The notes under the pieces were generated by a model, which worked only from the letters and a program-made list of their open reading frames with translations, did not search any database and had not been told where the DNA came from. This document shows positions 60,366 through 64,000 of a DNA stretch of 64,000 bases, in pieces. Both the position numbers and the translations under genes were made by a program. Origin of the DNA: Patescibacteria group bacterium (lineage in GTDB: Bacteria; Patescibacteriota; CPR2; UBA1875; CAIMLA01); NCBI GenBank assembly GCA_041738615.1, contig JBGSPL010000002.1, positions 10,654-74,653 on the forward strand, written 5' to 3'. Position 1 is the stretch's first letter; each line of letters begins with the position of its first letter.

Positions 60366-61127
60366 CTATTTTGAGATAGTTAGCATCACGCGACCTTGAT
60401 TCATTTTGCTGGTTTGGGCGTCGATTGCCTGCCACAGGATGGCCCAATCATAATGGTGGTCTGCGCCGTTGCCGACGCCTGCATCATTTGTGATTACTCC
60501 GGTGGCGTCAAAGCCCTTTATCAGAAGCACATGATAGACGCTCACGGGGCCATACATGCTGTTTTGTAAGGAGTGGGTCATCACGGGCACGACTACAGGA
60601 TTGCCACCAGCCAATGCGGTTTTGATGCTAGTTTCGTCTGCTGCCGCTGTCTTGTAGGAAAAGCCGTAGTACTCTTTGTTGAATTTGCCCAGCGCTTCCA
60701 TGGTGAGGTCGGGTTCGCTGCCATAGTGAGCTACCTGCCACGTCTTCATAGTTCGGTAAATAGGGTCGACTGTAGCATCTGGAATCCGGTTGTCGCTATA
60801 TTTGATACCTGCAAGGTGCTCATGGACCATGAAACTGGCTGCTTCTTCGCAGGATTCCTCATGCACTGTCCAGTTGCCAAAGGGTGCCTGTGCCGCGTAG
60901 GGAACAGCTAAGCTCACGGTGGCTGGGAGAACTGCCGGCTTATGTTCCTTGTTAGTTACCTTTAGGGTAGTCTCTTTTGGCTTTGATGCAGTAGTCGATA
61001 TGCGGGCTAGATTTCCTATGTAGTAGCTGTAAAGACCCACAGAGGCACCAGCAAGAAGAATTCCTAGAACAAGCAGTATAGCTACTTGTCTGGGCTGTGA
61101 ACTTTGTTTGGAGGATTTATGTTTCAT
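60366..61127 (-). CDS. Membrane-anchored C39-like (YvpB-type) putative cysteine peptidase
   Basis: N-terminal TM helix; candidate catalytic Cys in ...ESCEEAAS... and a downstream His pair (HHYDW). Confidence 0.4.
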   Translation of the reverse strand: MKHKSSKQSSQPRQVAILLVLGILLAGASVGLYSYYIGNLARISTTASKPKETTLKVTNKEHKPAVLPATVSLAVPYAAQAPFGNWTVHEESCEEAASFMVHEHLAGIKYSDNRIPDATVDPIYRTMKTWQVAHYGSEPDLTMEALGKFNKEYYGFSYKTAAADETSIKTALAGGNPVVVPVMTHSLQNSMYGPVSVYHVLLIKGFDATGVITNDAGVGNGADHHYDWAILWQAIDAQTSKMNQGRVMLTISK

Positions 61128-61128
61128 G

Positions 61129-62193
61129 TTAGAGTAGCCTGTTTACTACTTGATTATACACTAGACGACCAGCTGGAGTGAGTTTGTAACCCGGAGACAC
61201 AAGACCAGCGACCAGCAATTCGTCTGGAATAATTTCACATGGGTTGTAGGTTTGCAGCTCAGTTTTGAAAGGTTTGTCCAAACGCATCGCAGCCAATAGA
61301 TTTAATCGATTAATTTCACTTGTGGAGAGCGTAACCTTTGCAGCCAGCGGACCGCCCGTTAGGTATTTCTCGAAAGTACGAGCATTTGTGCTAACAGTGT
61401 TTCCTACGCGTGAAGTGGCACCTAGACCGAAACCAAGATAGTCTTTCCCTTCCCAGAAGTCGAGGTTATGGCGACAATATTGCTGATTTCTTGCAAAATT
61501 AGAGATTTCGTATTGCTCATAGCCGAGTCTGACAAGAAGCTCCCAGGCCGAGGTGAGCATTTCGGTCGCCTTATCGTCGCAGGGTAATGGGAATTTTTCG
61601 GGACGCATGCCGATTGCCGATGAGTTGTCTGTTTCTAGGTCATAGAGTGATATGTGGTTTATACCCATCCTAGTTAGCTGATTAATCGCTCCTAGGAGTG
61701 AGGTTTTTGTTTCGTGCGGCAGACCAGAAATAAGGTCTACACCAACATTTTCGAAATGTTTCTTGGTGAGTGCTACTCGCTCCAAGACCGCTGCGGCTGT
61801 GAGTGCGCGATTCACAGAGACTCTAGTAGTATCGTTTAGACTCTGAACCCCAATACTAACCCTCGTTATCCCAGACTCCTTCCAAGCCACAAGTTTCTTG
61901 TCCGTAATGTCCTCGGGGTTAGACTCGAGCGTAATCTCGAAATTATCTGTAAAACTGGTTCTGCGTTTGAATGTCTCGATAATTCTTCTAACATTCCTTG
62001 GGCTTAGTAGGCTGGGCGTACCGCCGCCGAAGTAGAGGGTGTTTACCAAATTATCAGTATTAAATGTATAATGTTCTATTTCTCTACAAAGCGCTGCAAC
62101 GTATTCGTCTTCTTTGTCTAAGTCGCAGTGACTCAAAAATGCGCAGTAAGCGCATTTTGAGTGGCAGAACGGAATATGGATGTAGATATTCAT
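61129..62193 (-). CDS. hemW: Radical SAM heme chaperone HemW (CPO-III oxidase-like)
   Basis: CHSKCAYC radical-SAM cluster motif; HemN_C-like C-terminus. Confidence 0.85.
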   Translation of the reverse strand: MNIYIHIPFCHSKCAYCAFLSHCDLDKEDEYVAALCREIEHYTFNTDNLVNTLYFGGGTPSLLSPRNVRRIIETFKRRTSFTDNFEITLESNPEDITDKKLVAWKESGITRVSIGVQSLNDTTRVSVNRALTAAAVLERVALTKKHFENVGVDLISGLPHETKTSLLGAINQLTRMGINHISLYDLETDNSSAIGMRPEKFPLPCDDKATEMLTSAWELLVRLGYEQYEISNFARNQQYCRHNLDFWEGKDYLGFGLGATSRVGNTVSTNARTFEKYLTGGPLAAKVTLSTSEINRLNLLAAMRLDKPFKTELQTYNPCEIIPDELLVAGLVSPGYKLTPAGRLVYNQVVNRLL

Positions 62194-62705
62194 TATTTAT
62201 GCTTAGAAATGGCCTCTTTTGTGGCGCGGTAAACCTTGATGGTCCAAAGTATAAGCCAGAGAATCATGCCACTGACAAAAGCAAGAAGTAGCCAGGGATT
62301 CATGCCGAGTGATTTATCGAGCGCTGCGGCATTCATGGCGTAGACCATGTAGGTAAGGAGCACACCAACCCAGAGGCCAGTGCCGACAAGCATGGTACGA
62401 ATAAGGTCAAAGGCGTGATCCTTGACTTTGTCTTCCATCGTCATAAGCCACATAGTGGTTGGCATATCGGAGTATTGAGGTTTCCAGTAAAGAAAACCAA
62501 ACATAGCGACCATCAAGGTTTGAATAGCCGGCAGTAGAAACGCCCAGAGAATGGACTTGTTTTGCCAGTCGTCGGCCATTCCGTTTACCCCGAAATGTGT
62601 AGGGATAACGTCGGGAAGCTTTCCCCAATAGATTAGCGCTATTGCCCAGCTAGCGGTAGCTAGTAGTATACCTATCCCGAGTCCCCACTTATGCGTTTTC
62701 TTCAT
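62193..62705 (-). CDS. DUF1648/SdpI-like membrane protein
   Basis: LPDVIPTHFGVNGMADDWQNKS motif and four TM helices. Confidence 0.45.
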   Translation of the reverse strand: MKKTHKWGLGIGILLATASWAIALIYWGKLPDVIPTHFGVNGMADDWQNKSILWAFLLPAIQTLMVAMFGFLYWKPQYSDMPTTMWLMTMEDKVKDHAFDLIRTMLVGTGLWVGVLLTYMVYAMNAAALDKSLGMNPWLLLAFVSGMILWLILWTIKVYRATKEAISKHK

Positions 62706-63037
62706 TTTTTGACAGCCTTTCTAGCTACAACTGTTGCTAAGTACGATAATATCGACCAAAAAAAGATGTTGCCCACTAACCCTATATAATTTTCATAATC
62801 ATCTGTAACAATATGTACCCCTGGACATGGCGTATTCGTATAGGTTGTGACAAACACGAGTGGTAAACCACGAAATGAACGTTCGCTTTCAAAGCAGCCA
62901 TCTGTGACTATCTTCTGACTAAATTCGATTGCAGTATTGTATACTGGCGGTGTTGTACTGCTCACATAGAAAGCGCTAACAGCTGTGATGGTAATACCGA
63001 TTATGGTAGACCAAACAATATATTTATATTGAATCAC
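62702..63037 (-). CDS. Small two-TM hypothetical protein
   Basis: ORF with two hydrophobic helices. Confidence 0.3.
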   Translation of the reverse strand: MIQYKYIVWSTIIGITITAVSAFYVSSTTPPVYNTAIEFSQKIVTDGCFESERSFRGLPLVFVTTYTNTPCPGVHIVTDDYENYIGLVGNIFFWSILSYLATVVARKAVKK

Positions 63038-64000
63038 TTTGTATCTCCCCAGTTATCACCTACGCCAATCTCGACCTCTATCGGGACGTCGAGCTTAGCT
63101 ATATTTTCCATCTTTTCCTTCACAAATGCACGTACTTTCTCGACATCCGCGTCTGGGACCTCAAGCACGATTTCATCGTGGACTGTGAGTAGAAGCTTTG
63201 TCCTGGGACTAACGTCAGCTATCGAGTGGTCGATCTCAATCATGGCGAGTTTCATGAGGTCTGCTGCAGTTCCCTGGATAGGCATATTGCTAGCCATACG
63301 CTCGGCACTGCCACGCACTGCGAAGTTGGAGCTGGCGAGTTCTGGTAGATAGCGTCTACGGCCGAAAAGGGTTTCTGCAAAACCGCGCTCCTTGGCAACT
63401 TTGATCACGTCATCCATGTATAATTTGATGCCTGCATGGGTAACGAAGTATTTCTGGATAAAATCCTTGGCTTCGCCATAAGTGAGAGTGCTTTGACGTT
63501 GAAGACCATGAGCCGAGACGCCATAAACGATACCAAAGTTCACGACTTTTGCGGTGCGGCGCATCTCTTTGGTGACCTTATCTTCCAGTACCCCGTAAAC
63601 TCTAGCTGCAGTGGCAGTATGGACATCAATTCCTTCTCGGAAGGCACGGGTCATTTCCTTATCTTCTGACATGTGGGCAATCACGCGTAGTTCTATCTGC
63701 GAATAGTCTGCTGACATAATCTGGTATCCCGGGTCAGCGACAAATGCTTTGCGAATCAGCATGCCGGTCTCTGTTCGGACGGGAATGTTTTGCAGATTCG
63801 GGTTTGTAGAGGAAAGCCGGCCGGTAGCAGCAATTGTCTGGTTGAAGCTAGTGTGGATGCGGCCAGTCTTTCTATTCACAAGTTTTGGCAAGGCATCGAT
63901 ATAGGTACTTTTGAGCTTCGAAAGCTCGCGATATTCGAATATTTTAGCAATTATCGCGTGCCCAGACTCTTGAAGTTTTTCGAGCTGCTCCGCCCCCGTG
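63034..64000 (-). CDS. polA: DNA polymerase I, C-terminal polymerase domain (5' part beyond the window end)
   Basis: Motifs A, B and C (DYSQIELR, RRTAKVVNFGIVYG, VHDEIVLE); the reading frame continues to the window edge. Confidence 0.9.
   Translation of the reverse strand, partial: TGAEQLEKLQESGHAIIAKIFEYRELSKLKSTYIDALPKLVNRKTGRIHTSFNQTIAATGRLSSTNPNLQNIPVRTETGMLIRKAFVADPGYQIMSADYSQIELRVIAHMSEDKEMTRAFREGIDVHTATAARVYGVLEDKVTKEMRRTAKVVNFGIVYGVSAHGLQRQSTLTYGEAKDFIQKYFVTHAGIKLYMDDVIKVAKERGFAETLFGRRRYLPELASSNFAVRGSAERMASNMPIQGTAADLMKLAMIEIDHSIADVSPRTKLLLTVHDEIVLEVPDADVEKVRAFVKEKMENIAKLDVPIEVEIGVGDNWGDTK

Noticed and set aside
1-64000. CRISPR arrays, IS elements, integrases, phage genes
   Set aside because: No arrays of short direct repeats. 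There are no transposase, integrase or phage structural signatures in any six-frame ORF.

Overview
This 64 kb window is the origin-of-replication region of a ~45% GC, small-genome, monoderm-like bacterium. The gene content is consistent with Saccharibacteria/CPR or a related Gram-positive-like lineage (T-box riboswitch, RNase J, FemAB, Gram-positive-type VirB4/PrgI, heliorhodopsin). Core: galU-jag-yidC diverge from dnaA-dnaN-recF-dciA, with DnaA boxes on both sides of dnaA. Downstream on the minus strand, at 7.1-21.5 kb, is a complete Gram-positive-type type IV secretion locus. It holds a triple-domain peptidoglycan hydrolase, a 3D-domain protein, a VirB4 split into two translationally coupled ORFs, PrgI/VirB3-like and VirB6-like proteins, and a tandem array of five VirB2/TrbC-like pilin paralogs, one fused to a ~300 aa N-terminal domain. 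The locus is interrupted by a ~650 bp high-GC islet. Further features: an Hsp20 gene divergent from a PaaX-like regulator, with four copies of an ATGCGGCCGCAT palindrome; ComFC, a CDF transporter and PilB; and a tRNA cluster (Arg-GCG plus three tRNA-Ser). Two near-identical inverted tRNA-Ser genes bracket a rubrerythrin / superoxide reductase / heliorhodopsin cassette. There are two perfect parS sites, and valS has a T-box leader and a consensus promoter. The rest is a housekeeping run: tsaD, femAB-murE, nrnA, trx, truB, rpsO-pnp, UDG, rnj, ftsK, rodZ, yajQ, mutM, holA, rpsT, recX-recA-lexA, hemW and polA. Four short ~60% GC islets (Nudix; a T4SS-internal ORF; a membrane protein; thioredoxin plus an ORF) stand out against the 45% GC background. 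All calls rest on reading the sequence and the ORF translations by eye; no searches were run.
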